A DNA stretch of 64,000 bases from positions 128,001 to 192,000 of the forward strand of contig JAVHQC010000010.1 in NCBI GenBank assembly GCA_036170915.1, given 5' to 3'. How positions within the stretch are numbered: the stretch's first letter is position 1; the number at the start of each line of letters is the position of its first letter. Of this stretch, positions 46,814 through 55,773 are shown piece by piece. The notes under the pieces are model-generated. The model was not told where the DNA came from. It saw nothing but the letters and a program-made list of their open reading frames with translations, and did not search any database. Origin of the DNA: Cyanobacteria bacterium auto_48_18. GTDB taxonomy: Bacteria; Cyanobacteriota; Vampirovibrionia; Obscuribacterales; Obscuribacteraceae. The translations under genes were made by a program, and so were the position numbers.

Positions 46814-47521
46814 ATGGATATTACAGATTTAACTATCAAGATCTGTCGACACGCGAAATCAGAACAAAATGCCGGAGCTCTCGACGTCAGAGACATCGGT
46901 GATTATCGCATTCCACTTGCCTATGGTGGGGCTGAAGCAGCTATGCAAGTTGGCCGCGACCATGCGGAATTTTTACGCGCACCAGGCACGCTTTTCTATC
47001 GCTCTCCCTATTTACGTGTGCGGCAGACCATGGAAAATATTCTGAGGGGTGCAGACTTGCTTGGGCCAGGTGGTGAGCCTCTGGTGCGTGTCTATGAAGA
47101 TCCGCAGTTACGTGAAGTTGAACATGGCTATAAAAGTATTGATGTTCAAGCACCGCTGCGCGAATTGCACGGATGGTTTTATTATCGCTTTGAAGGTGGA
47201 GAATCGCCCGCAGACTGTTACGATCGCTGTTCGAGTTTTATCGAATCGATGATGCAGCAAATCAGACGTAGACCGGAAACACGCCAGGTGTTCATCTGCA
47301 CTCACGGGCTAACAGCAAGGCTTTTGGTAATGCGGTTTCTCTATCTGTCTGTGGAACAATTTGAAATTTTGGAAAACCCGCATAATTGTGATGTCATAAC
47401 CATCGCCTCTCTCAACAATCTGGAAAATCCGCAATTTGCCAGTCGCCGCTGGGGCGTAACCGGATTGCGAGTCAGACAAGAATCGGAGAAAAATACTCCG
47501 CAAATGTTAGATGACGTCTAG
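46814..47521 (+). CDS. Histidine phosphatase family protein (Det1/AT74-like)
   Basis: RHAKSEQN, SPYLRVRQT, DPQLRE, GWFYYRFEGGESPAD.YDR, THG. Confidence 0.88.
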   Translation: MDITDLTIKICRHAKSEQNAGALDVRDIGDYRIPLAYGGAEAAMQVGRDHAEFLRAPGTLFYRSPYLRVRQTMENILRGADLLGPGGEPLVRVYEDPQLREVEHGYKSIDVQAPLRELHGWFYYRFEGGESPADCYDRCSSFIESMMQQIRRRPETRQVFICTHGLTARLLVMRFLYLSVEQFEILENPHNCDVITIASLNNLENPQFASRRWGVTGLRVRQESEKNTPQMLDDV

Positions 47522-47529
47522 CAGTAGCC

Positions 47530-48567
47530 ATGACCTATGAACTTCCCGAACTTCCAGAACCGATACCACACGTAGAATCACGTCGCGACGCAGGCGAAAG
47601 ACCACCAGCAATTGAACGCTTGGTGCCGCTAGAAAAGAACTTCTACTCTAAAGTCATTCGCTATAACCAAATTCCAATCAAGTCGGCAGAAGCCGTTGAC
47701 GACCGGGCGCTACAAGAAGCCTGGAAGAGACTGCACATGATGCTGGCAAAGGTTCCAGAGATCGCGGCCAATCTCAGCGCAAATGGTGCCGAGCTTCACA
47801 TCATTGGAAAAAATCAGGTCACATCTGATCTGCCTGAGAACAGCCAATACAAAGGCAAACCTTTTGCCGGAGCTAAAGATTTTGACGAACGCACCAGAGG
47901 TGTTGGTGGACTATTTGCATCTTGCGGTGAAGAAAATCTTTTACGACTAAAAGAAGATAGATATTTTGGTAGTGACATTTGCGTTCACGAATTTGCGCAC
48001 ACCATCTATACCTACGGGCTCAATAATAACGTGCGTGAATCGATAAAGAAACAATATGAGTCGTCGCTAGACAAAGGCAAATGGAGCGGCTGCTATGCTG
48101 CCACAAATGTTGAAGAATTTTTCGCAGAGCTTTCGACATGGTTTTTCGGTTCTCATGGCGACTATGGGAAAATTTCACCAAGTCCGAAGGTTGGCCCCAC
48201 ATGGCTAAAAGAATATGATGCAGACGCATTCACAGTTCTGTCTGACCTTTACTCCGGCCGCACCAAAGTTGCACGACCCCCCTCCACTGTTCTTCAAAAA
48301 TTGCCGGTGAATATAGAGGCGAAAGTCAAATCTACGTCGTCTGCCATCCCAACTGAAATTCGTTTTGTTAATGAGTTGAGCTATCCGGTAAAGGTTTACT
48401 GGTTAGATTATCAAGGAAAGCGAGCTTACTATGCCGAAGTTGAGCCGCATGCCACTTTTACTCAGCAAACATTCTTGACTCATCCCTGGCTAGTCACAGA
48501 CGGCAACGAAAAACCGTTGGCAATATTTTTGCCGACCGAGCAGTTAGGCGTTGCGATCATAAAATAA
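47530..48567 (+). CDS. HExxH zinc metallopeptidase (ATLF-like gluzincin) fused to a VHL beta-domain
   Basis: VHEFAH at about 47983-48000 and EEFFAE; C-terminal TEIRFVN...V.VYWLDYQG....Y..V.P.....QQTF.THPW. Confidence 0.8.
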   Translation: MTYELPELPEPIPHVESRRDAGERPPAIERLVPLEKNFYSKVIRYNQIPIKSAEAVDDRALQEAWKRLHMMLAKVPEIAANLSANGAELHIIGKNQVTSDLPENSQYKGKPFAGAKDFDERTRGVGGLFASCGEENLLRLKEDRYFGSDICVHEFAHTIYTYGLNNNVRESIKKQYESSLDKGKWSGCYAATNVEEFFAELSTWFFGSHGDYGKISPSPKVGPTWLKEYDADAFTVLSDLYSGRTKVARPPSTVLQKLPVNIEAKVKSTSSAIPTEIRFVNELSYPVKVYWLDYQGKRAYYAEVEPHATFTQQTFLTHPWLVTDGNEKPLAIFLPTEQLGVAIIK

Positions 48568-48622
48568 CTAGTCGCTCGAACCAACCAGAGGCCACGAGAG
48601 CTTCAAATCTATTCTAGCGGGA

Positions 48623-50245
48623 ATGATAAAGGCAATCGTAATATGTGATGGAGCAAAATCGGTCATGCAAACGAAAACTGATGAATTTGGCATTACGTTC
48701 GCAGTTGAGAAGGTTGAGCGCGCAAAAGATCTGCTGCCAACCCTCAAGACCGATCAAGCCTTGATGCAGTTGCTCGGTGACACAACAAAAATTGAATCTT
48801 GTTCCGGATTCAACAAAAATTGCATTAATGGAGTCGCCTTCCATCCGCTAGTTGCTGCTGCACACTTTGCTTTCAGCCAGCACCGCCCACTCTGCCTTTC
48901 GCCAGATATGATCTGGGTCACAATTGTTCAAGGTTTGGGCCGGCACATTAAGAACAACCCTGAAAGGCTTAGGCACCACTTTGTCGCCCACAGCGGAAAG
49001 CAAATTATTACAGTCGTACGCGACGATTTGCTTAAGGGCACGCCTGAAAATGCCTGGGAATCTGTGATCAACTCTATTTCGGCCGGAGTGCGCAATTCTG
49101 TTGGATCAAAATATGACCAATTAATATCAGATTTTTCAACCACGCAGTTGATCGAGCGCACCGCCTGCGAGGTCGCACTGCTAGACGCGTTCCAACCGTA
49201 TTTCGAGTATGAGGTTTATTGCATCTGCGGCATTCCAGAAATTACGCTCGAAGGTTCGCCCACCGACTGGCAGCGACTGCGCGCGAAAATTGAATATTTA
49301 TGCGACTACGAGCTTGACTGGTGGCTGCCGCACTTACGGAACATTGGTGACGAATTTGTTAAGGCCTCGCAAGGCGACATAAACCTGAATCACTGGAGTA
49401 ACATTTATAAACGCCATGACGCGTACGGATGGGACGATGTTAATGGATGGATAACTGATTTAATACCGTATTTGGAAAACAAAGCTACTGGTGATTGCAC
49501 AACTAGAAATCCGCTGCTGGCGAGAGATCCTAATGTACCTTTTGTCGATGAAGTTAAGAACCACACTGCATCTCCTTATGGCAATTGTGACTTTGCGATT
49601 TCGAGTAATAACATTCCTAGCGGTGTTTCACAGGCACCGTTCACGATTCAATTTGCAGACGAAATCGATTCTGAATCAATGGAATTTTTAGGTGGTTTTC
49701 TCGGCGTCACTCAAGATTCGAGTTCAGGCACCTTACGCCCGATGTTAGGTTGGGCGGTGCGTCAAGAGTCGGTACTTGACCAACTTTATACTCGTCTCAC
49801 ACCCTACAACTGCTCGCCGCCCCTCGATGCAGATTCCTATATAGAGTGCATGCAAAAAATTCTTGACCAGGCAAATTACTTTGGGCCATCCATACCTGGC
49901 GACCTGCTGAGATTTTACAAATTCTGCAACGGTGTCACACTGAATAGTGGAAAATACAAAATATTGCCCTTCGAGATGCTGCAGGATTGCAGCCCTAAAA
50001 TCGCTGCAGAAGATCTGGAAAGTTTGCCTGAAGAAGAAATTTTAAGAGCCTTGCGCCCAGGTAGCTGCCTGAAGATCTGCGAACTCGCTGATCAAAGTTA
50101 CGTTGACATTGAACTTTTTGCATCAACTCATGGAGATAGGGACGACTGTTCTAGAGTCTTACGTCATTTTCCGGATGGAGCCAAAAAGGTTGTTGCGTGG
50201 TCCTTCAGAGAATTCATTGAAATTTGTTTGAAGAACGAGTTATAG
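48623..50245 (+). CDS. DUF4419 domain protein with a C-terminal SMI1/KNR4 (SUKH)-like domain
   Basis: AFSQHRPL.LSPD.IW..I.QG...HI, FV.HSGK, FSTT, YFEY....CGIP.ITLEG...DW..L, GW.V; C-terminal IPGDLLRFYKFCNG...A.SF.EFIE. Likely start ATG 48665. Confidence 0.82.
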   Translation: MIKAIVICDGAKSVMQTKTDEFGITFAVEKVERAKDLLPTLKTDQALMQLLGDTTKIESCSGFNKNCINGVAFHPLVAAAHFAFSQHRPLCLSPDMIWVTIVQGLGRHIKNNPERLRHHFVAHSGKQIITVVRDDLLKGTPENAWESVINSISAGVRNSVGSKYDQLISDFSTTQLIERTACEVALLDAFQPYFEYEVYCICGIPEITLEGSPTDWQRLRAKIEYLCDYELDWWLPHLRNIGDEFVKASQGDINLNHWSNIYKRHDAYGWDDVNGWITDLIPYLENKATGDCTTRNPLLARDPNVPFVDEVKNHTASPYGNCDFAISSNNIPSGVSQAPFTIQFADEIDSESMEFLGGFLGVTQDSSSGTLRPMLGWAVRQESVLDQLYTRLTPYNCSPPLDADSYIECMQKILDQANYFGPSIPGDLLRFYKFCNGVTLNSGKYKILPFEMLQDCSPKIAAEDLESLPEEEILRALRPGSCLKICELADQSYVDIELFASTHGDRDDCSRVLRHFPDGAKKVVAWSFREFIEICLKNEL

Positions 50246-51364
50246 GCCCGGTTTGCTCAAAGCCGGAGCAGACTGTTCAGACAGCTGAGTAGCTGGGGGG
50301 TTCAAACGAATTCCCCGCTTTTGCAGGGCTTCAATAATTGTGGGCAGTGCGGCTCGCGCCGCAGACTCGCCTGCTGCCATTGCATTTGCAGCATCCTGCT
50401 TCTTCGTTGAAAGTAATCCAATTCCGTCAACATTAGGATGAATGACAATATCTGCTCTTGTCAGAGCACGATAATCTCTTCTAGCGAGCTCAAGGGTAAT
50501 CAACCTTTTTGCGACACTGCCAAGCTTGAGAAAAGATTCTGCAGATTCTTTTTTAAACCGTTCATCAACATCAACAGCAATAACAAAGTGCGCGCCTAAG
50601 GCACTGCGAGCTTCATTAACAGGGAGGTTCTGGATTACCGCACCATCAACGAATAAATCGTCGCCAATACGCACAGGACGCCTTAAAACGGGCACCGCCG
50701 AACTGGCTTGCATAGCGAGAATCAGATCACCTTTAGTCAATGCATAAACGTGGCCGTCAACAAGATTGAGCGCCACGGCACAAAAAGGAATGGACAAATC
50801 TTGAATGTTTCTACGGTCGTCAGGCAATTCTTTGGCTAAAAATTTGGTAAAAAGGCCACCTTTATATATTCCATCAAAATGTTTCTTGCCAAATACGTAA
50901 GGCACCACGTGCAGTGGCGCTGTTACAACTCTTACTGTTGGCGACGGAGCCATGAAAGCCTTCATGATTTTATTGTTGCGAAATTGCTTTTCTAATTCGG
51001 GCAGCGGAACTCCCGCTGCATACATTCCCCCGACAATCGCACCAATGCTAGTGCCGGCAATACAGTCAATGGGCACACCAGCTTCAACCAACACTTTTAA
51101 AACACCGACATGGGCGCCACCACGAGTGCCACCACCACCTAAGGCGAGGCCAACGCGCGTACCTGAAGTCTCGACAGCTGAACCACGTCTAAACTCTGGC
51201 GAGGCCGCGTCAAAGAGGTTATCGAAGCTCCCAGACCCGGTGGGAAACTGTCTGTCAGTAACTCTCGCAGCATGAGCGACCGGCGGAAAGAACAAGCTCA
51301 GGCAGGCCGTCGCTACTAGTAACCGTTTAGAGATGCACATAGAATGTGCCATAGAATTCCCCAT
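50240..51364 (-). CDS. Secreted patatin-like phospholipase
   Basis: LALGGGGTRGGAHVGV, GTSIG, ASSAVP, VDGA; signal peptide (AHA). Confidence 0.92.
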   Translation of the reverse strand: MGNSMAHSMCISKRLLVATACLSLFFPPVAHAARVTDRQFPTGSGSFDNLFDAASPEFRRGSAVETSGTRVGLALGGGGTRGGAHVGVLKVLVEAGVPIDCIAGTSIGAIVGGMYAAGVPLPELEKQFRNNKIMKAFMAPSPTVRVVTAPLHVVPYVFGKKHFDGIYKGGLFTKFLAKELPDDRRNIQDLSIPFCAVALNLVDGHVYALTKGDLILAMQASSAVPVLRRPVRIGDDLFVDGAVIQNLPVNEARSALGAHFVIAVDVDERFKKESAESFLKLGSVAKRLITLELARRDYRALTRADIVIHPNVDGIGLLSTKKQDAANAMAAGESAARAALPTIIEALQKRGIRLNPPATQLSEQSAPALSKPGL

Positions 51365-51746
51365 CTAATCGTTTTGAGCTTTGAGCGTTGAGCGAGGCAG
51401 TGCAAGGCTGTTGGCGCAAGTTTCAAATTTCGCTCTTCTACAAGCATAGCCTCAAAGTGAGTCACTATGCTGATAAGAGATATGTAGCCAACTTAGCCGG
51501 CCACCACGTGAAACCGCCAGCCAGGGGCCGTAGTGTCAGAAATAGGTTTAACTGAAAATGTGAAGTATCCTTCAGGTTTTGGGTTTTTGCGATTTTGGAG
51601 ACAAAGAGCCTCAACAAAAGGCGAAGCCAGCCACACTTGACATCGGTCGAAGTTGGCCCCATTGATACAAAAAGCTCGGTAATTAGATTGATGGTCATGG
51701 CGTGCTAAAGTTTGCCGAATTCCACTCTAATAAAAGAGGTCTTCTA

Positions 51747-52535
51747 ATGGAAACGCACAAGCACGCAGTTGATGCTCGCAAATCGACAGATCCAAAGTTT
51801 ATGCACTGGAAATCAAGATTTAAATTAGCAGCGGCCGTTTTCGAAGAAGGAAATGCAAGCGAAGCACGCACCCTCATATATAAAACGCTGATGGAAGCAG
51901 AAGGATTGGCTGACCGTGACTTTGCAGTGCCAGCCTCACAAATCGCTATGGCTATTGTCTGTATGGAAGAAGGCAATTTAAAGGAGTCGAAAGAATATTT
52001 TGACAAAGGCTTGAACAGCCTGCGCCTTCTCGGTGACGACGCCGGTCGCGAGCTGTATGCCGCCGCACTTAGATTTAAGGCAATGTGGCACGACCAAAAT
52101 CAAGATCTCACTAGTGCAGAAACTTGCCTGAGAGAATCTGTCGATATTTTGAAAAACCAGGCAGGCGCCAGTGCCGTGCAGCTGGCGTGTTCGCTAAATG
52201 ACCTGTCGTTCGTGCTCATACGATCAGAGCAGCTGGAAGAAGCCAGTGAATTGATTCGTGCATCAATGGGAATTCTAGCCAACACAGTCGGTGTAGAAGA
52301 CGCTTCGTATGACTGGGCAAAAATGCTGTATCAAGTTTGCCTTACACGCAATGACGAAGCGCTTTTCATAGAAACATTTGAGCTGTCCGCCACTGAACTT
52401 CAGTACAAGCGGGGTGGCAAACATCCGAATCTTGTACGTGCCCTCAATGCGTACGCGGCTGCGTTGAAAAAACGGGGAATGACCGAACAACTTGAAGAGG
52501 CGAAAGAAAAATTTGTTGCTTTATATAAAAGTTGA
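51747..52535 (+). CDS. TPR-like protein
   Basis: ATG 51747 follows GAGGT; LA.SLNDL and HP.LV.ALN.YA..L are kinesin-light-chain-type TPR patterns. Confidence 0.8.
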   Translation: METHKHAVDARKSTDPKFMHWKSRFKLAAAVFEEGNASEARTLIYKTLMEAEGLADRDFAVPASQIAMAIVCMEEGNLKESKEYFDKGLNSLRLLGDDAGRELYAAALRFKAMWHDQNQDLTSAETCLRESVDILKNQAGASAVQLACSLNDLSFVLIRSEQLEEASELIRASMGILANTVGVEDASYDWAKMLYQVCLTRNDEALFIETFELSATELQYKRGGKHPNLVRALNAYAAALKKRGMTEQLEEAKEKFVALYKS

Positions 52536-52564
52536 TTCAGTTGCTTTGAAAAATCGCAACTGGA

Positions 52565-53011
52565 TCACGCGCTGACAATTTTAGACTTGTTTGTCGCCTT
52601 CTCTTTAGACAAAAAAAGATCAGCACTGACGCTAAAATGCTCAGCAAGGGCCAAAATATGTGCTTTGCTAAGATCACGCTTTTCATTCCAGATCTCACTA
52701 GCACGGCCGGATGGCAGTCCCACTAATCTTCCGAAATCAGCTTGCTTCAATCCGTTCATTTCGAACAAATATTTGACGTTTTCGATAGGTGAGAACTCAA
52801 TCTTTACTGAGTGGTGCTCTTTTTCGTAAATACCTATCAATGTGCCAAGCACGTTTAAATAATCCTGTTCTTCTTGATTAAGACTGCCTAGCCGTTCATA
52901 AAGTTCAGTCGATACTTCAATCGCATCATCCAAATCAAATTCACTTTTGAGCGGCCGCAATGGCAGCCTTTTGATGAGACCCATATAGGTGGTGGTTTTC
53001 AGCTTACTCAT
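52565..53011 (-). CDS. higA: HigA-type antitoxin (HTH)
   Basis: PLRP.KSE, YL.VL..LI..YE..H, GLKQAD, SEI...KR.LSK.HI..LA..F.VS.DLF. Confidence 0.88.
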   Translation of the reverse strand: MSKLKTTTYMGLIKRLPLRPLKSEFDLDDAIEVSTELYERLGSLNQEEQDYLNVLGTLIGIYEKEHHSVKIEFSPIENVKYLFEMNGLKQADFGRLVGLPSGRASEIWNEKRDLSKAHILALAEHFSVSADLFLSKEKATNKSKIVSA

Positions 53012-53035
53012 CGCCGCACATTATCCTCAAATCAA

Positions 53036-53320
53036 TTAAAATTTTTCTTCGTCATACTCTGCATGAGTCATTATTTTCAAGACGAATACTGTTTGAGTCT
53101 GATACCAGACCATCGCAGCAAGCCTGTAATTCCCTCCACCAATATCGAATATCCATTTTCGATCACCTACGCAGTCGGCTGTGTTGAACGTGTTCAATAC
53201 GTCAGGCGGGTTTGTCCATTTTGCCGCTCGCACTGCGACAATCCAATGAGCTAAAGGTGAGCCTGACTTGGGATGCTCTGTGGCAAAACGCCAGACAGCT
53301 CTTTCGTTTTTGATCTGCAT
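53036..53320 (-). CDS. higB: HigB-type mRNA interferase toxin
   Basis: F...HP.S..PL..W, A.W..P.DV..TF..AD, FDIGGGNYRL, MTHAEYD; toxin-first gene order. Confidence 0.9.
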   Translation of the reverse strand: MQIKNERAVWRFATEHPKSGSPLAHWIVAVRAAKWTNPPDVLNTFNTADCVGDRKWIFDIGGGNYRLAAMVWYQTQTVFVLKIMTHAEYDEEKF

Positions 53321-53347
53321 CTAGTGCTCGCCTCACTAAGATTATCG

Positions 53348-53406
53348 TCACATAATGTGAGCGAATGCGCAACGGAATTCGGAGAAAATTCCTCACAAAT
53401 TGTGAG
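53348..53406. promoter_or_regulatory. Two palindromic operators TCACA-N3-TGTGA upstream of higBA
   Basis: TCACATAATGTGA at 53348-53360 and CTCACAAATTGTGAG at 53392-53406. Confidence 0.7.
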
Positions 53407-53518
53407 ATTTAACCTTATCGCGCTCATCCGCTATCTTATAAGACGGTTATTCGTCGATTAAAGTTCAAATCACGAGTAAAAACGAACTCTGCAATATGCG
53501 CGCCAATGCAGGAAAACG

Positions 53519-53782
53519 CTAGACCTTAGAGGTATTCGACAACCTGAGACTAGGATACCCTGCGATAGGAATGAGCTGGCTGTACTTAACTCCAGCACTG
53601 GTTTCGGTGAAGTGTTCGACCAATTGAGCAAGCTCTCCAGCGGCAAAGTGGCTTTCAGAAGAAGCGACCTTCTGCAAATCGACACTACCTGGATTATTCT
53701 TGCCAACGTGCGCCGTCATCTCACTGGTGGCTGCAGCCGTTGCCTTAAACGCTTGCGGTCTACTAGTTCTCTGCTTTCCCAC
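53519..53782 (-). CDS. Possible small hypothetical protein
   Basis: 87-aa ORF in the gap between the hydrolase and higB. Competing overlapping ORFs exist and there is no motif. Confidence 0.3.
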   Translation of the reverse strand: MGKQRTSRPQAFKATAAATSEMTAHVGKNNPGSVDLQKVASSESHFAAGELAQLVEHFTETSAGVKYSQLIPIAGYPSLRLSNTSKV

Positions 53783-53884
53783 TTAGACATTACCTGGACT
53801 GGAATACCATTCGGATTTCAAGAATACCCGACAGCTGCGGCAAAAGTACAGCAATGTATTGGTAGACGCAAATATACGTTGAAC

Positions 53885-54916
53885 TTACCGAGTAGCCGAC
53901 TCCATCACCGAACGGACAAACTTTCTCGGAATTTCCATGTGCCCTTCGTTTGTTGGTTTAAATAAAACGCCCTGCTTGTCGCCTCGCTTCTCCCCCTTAT
54001 AGGCGGCCAGTTCGCGGGCTACAAACTTAGCTTGTTCCATGCTCTGTCCATGGGTGCTGCTGCCAAAGATGTTCTGAAATTTCTTTTCACCGCTGGCGAG
54101 ATCGGCGATGTTGCTTTTGATCCAGCCATTAAAACCGTGCGTGTCATACAGAGAGTCTAGAAGTGTGACGCTATTGACCTTTTTGGACAATTCAGGGTTA
54201 GCGGCTAACTGACTTTTGGTAGGAATGAAGCCAGCCGAATGAGAAATTAAGCCAATGTGACGAACGTCAGCCAAGGTTTTTCCTTTCAGCTCTGGTGTCT
54301 TATCGAAAACATCTTGCACCATTTTTGTGGCGAAATCTTTGGAAGCATATGCGCCCTGTTGATTGCCACTCGCTTTCTGCCCGCCTGGATTGACTTGCCA
54401 CTCAGGGACAATTAGCACCGTATTTGGTGGTGCAGCTTTCATCTGTTCTTGCAAGTTTGCATTGCGAAATGAACTAGAAGCGGTATCACGCCATCCGTGA
54501 TTATAGATCACCAGATTGATTGGTTTAGTAGCATCGAAATTCTTAGGCAATAGCACCACAGCGTCGGCAGATTTGCCTCCATGCACACTATGCTTTAAGT
54601 TGAGTTCGTACTTTTTGGCTTCAAAATTAGAAGTGATAGGGGCGACAGGTTCTTTTCGCTCTACTCTCGAATCGGCCGGAGTAAGCTTCTTTCCATTATC
54701 TTCAATGGTCACCCGAGGAAGATGCCGCTCGGCCGAGTTAGGCGTGAGCGCCTCGAAGCCATTAGGCTCGAACTTTTTGACTCGGTCAAACTCTTTATGA
54801 ACGCCAGATAGCGGGTTATTCCTCATCACGTTATCAAAAAGTTGCTCCTCCGCGCGAGAAACCTTTTTGGGGTCGGCAGGTTGTTCGCGCCATTCGGCGG
54901 CTCTTTGACCGGTCAT
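53885..54916 (-). CDS. Alpha/beta-hydrolase-fold protein with an N-terminal charged extension
   Basis: LVIYNHGW, ISHSAG (nucleophile), LLDSLY, GHMEIP. Confidence 0.75.
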   Translation of the reverse strand: MTGQRAAEWREQPADPKKVSRAEEQLFDNVMRNNPLSGVHKEFDRVKKFEPNGFEALTPNSAERHLPRVTIEDNGKKLTPADSRVERKEPVAPITSNFEAKKYELNLKHSVHGGKSADAVVLLPKNFDATKPINLVIYNHGWRDTASSSFRNANLQEQMKAAPPNTVLIVPEWQVNPGGQKASGNQQGAYASKDFATKMVQDVFDKTPELKGKTLADVRHIGLISHSAGFIPTKSQLAANPELSKKVNSVTLLDSLYDTHGFNGWIKSNIADLASGEKKFQNIFGSSTHGQSMEQAKFVARELAAYKGEKRGDKQGVLFKPTNEGHMEIPRKFVRSVMESATR

Positions 54917-55007
54917 GCTACACCTGGTGTACGGACCTGATGCCTGGTAATTTGCTACTATCTCTCAAGCAGCATACTTCGCAAGTAGTAAAGGATTTGT
55001 AAACGGA

Positions 55008-55739
55008 ATGAGCAAATTAGACAGAATCGCTCTGGTCACCGGCGGTAATAAAGGAATTGGCTTTGAGGTCGCCAAACAGTTGAGCCAGACCGGCTGTACA
55101 GTTGTTTTGACGTCTCGCAATCGCGAGCAGGGAGAAAGCGCCGTTGCCAGACTCAAAAGTGACGGCGGTGATGTTTATTACTCACAGCTTGATGTATGCG
55201 CTCCAAACACAATTGCCGCCACTTACAAATTTATCGAATTAAAATTTGGTCGCCTTGATATTCTCGTCAATAACGCCGGCATTATTGAAAGCACTGATGG
55301 GCCAGCTTCAGCTGCATCGATGGACGCAATCGAAAAAACATTGAAGACAAATTTTCTTGGCCCAATTCAAGTAACTCAAACTCTGCTTCCACTTTTGAAA
55401 AAATCGAAGCACGCTTCGATAGTCAATGTTTCAAGTGGGCTCGGCTCTTTGACACTGAATGGCGACGAAAAACATATGTGTTCGCAGGTTCCATATGTTG
55501 GCTATTGCGCGTCGAAAGCTGCGCTGAATATGTTCACGGTGAAGCTGGCTTTTGAGTTGAAAGACACACATATTAAAGTCAATTCTGCCGACCCCGGATA
55601 TACAGCAACAGACTTGAACAATAATCAAGGATATCAATCAATCGAGGAAGGCGCCGCGGAGACTGTTAGGCTGGCTTTAATAGAGGAACATGGTCCTACT
55701 GGAACTTACTCTGATAAAGAAGCAGTTTTGCCCTGGTAA
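55008..55739 (+). CDS. SDR family oxidoreductase (carbonyl reductase-like)
   Basis: TGGNKGIG, LDILVNNAG, NVSSGLGS, YCASK, PGYTATDLN. Confidence 0.94.
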   Translation: MSKLDRIALVTGGNKGIGFEVAKQLSQTGCTVVLTSRNREQGESAVARLKSDGGDVYYSQLDVCAPNTIAATYKFIELKFGRLDILVNNAGIIESTDGPASAASMDAIEKTLKTNFLGPIQVTQTLLPLLKKSKHASIVNVSSGLGSLTLNGDEKHMCSQVPYVGYCASKAALNMFTVKLAFELKDTHIKVNSADPGYTATDLNNNQGYQSIEEGAAETVRLALIEEHGPTGTYSDKEAVLPW

Positions 55740-55773
55740 ACAGCCGATTACGCGTCGTACCGGAGGAACATAT

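Noticed and set aside
46847..46855. RHA instead of RHG in the phosphatase (and DGA instead of DGG in patatin) as signs of inactivity
   Set aside because: Both are tolerated variants, and the catalytic His, Arg, Ser and Asp residues are present.
52565..53320. higBA as a marker of a mobile element or island
   Set aside because: No integrase, transposase, att-like repeats or tRNA were seen around it.
53570..53640. tRNA-like look on the minus strand (GGAGAGCTTGCTCAATTGGTCGAACAC; the ORF reads GELAQLVEH, like tRNA shadow ORFs)
   Set aside because: The D-stem is mismatched, there is no pairing anticodon stem, no GTTCRA T-loop and no 7-bp acceptor stem. tRNAscan-SE or Infernal would settle it.
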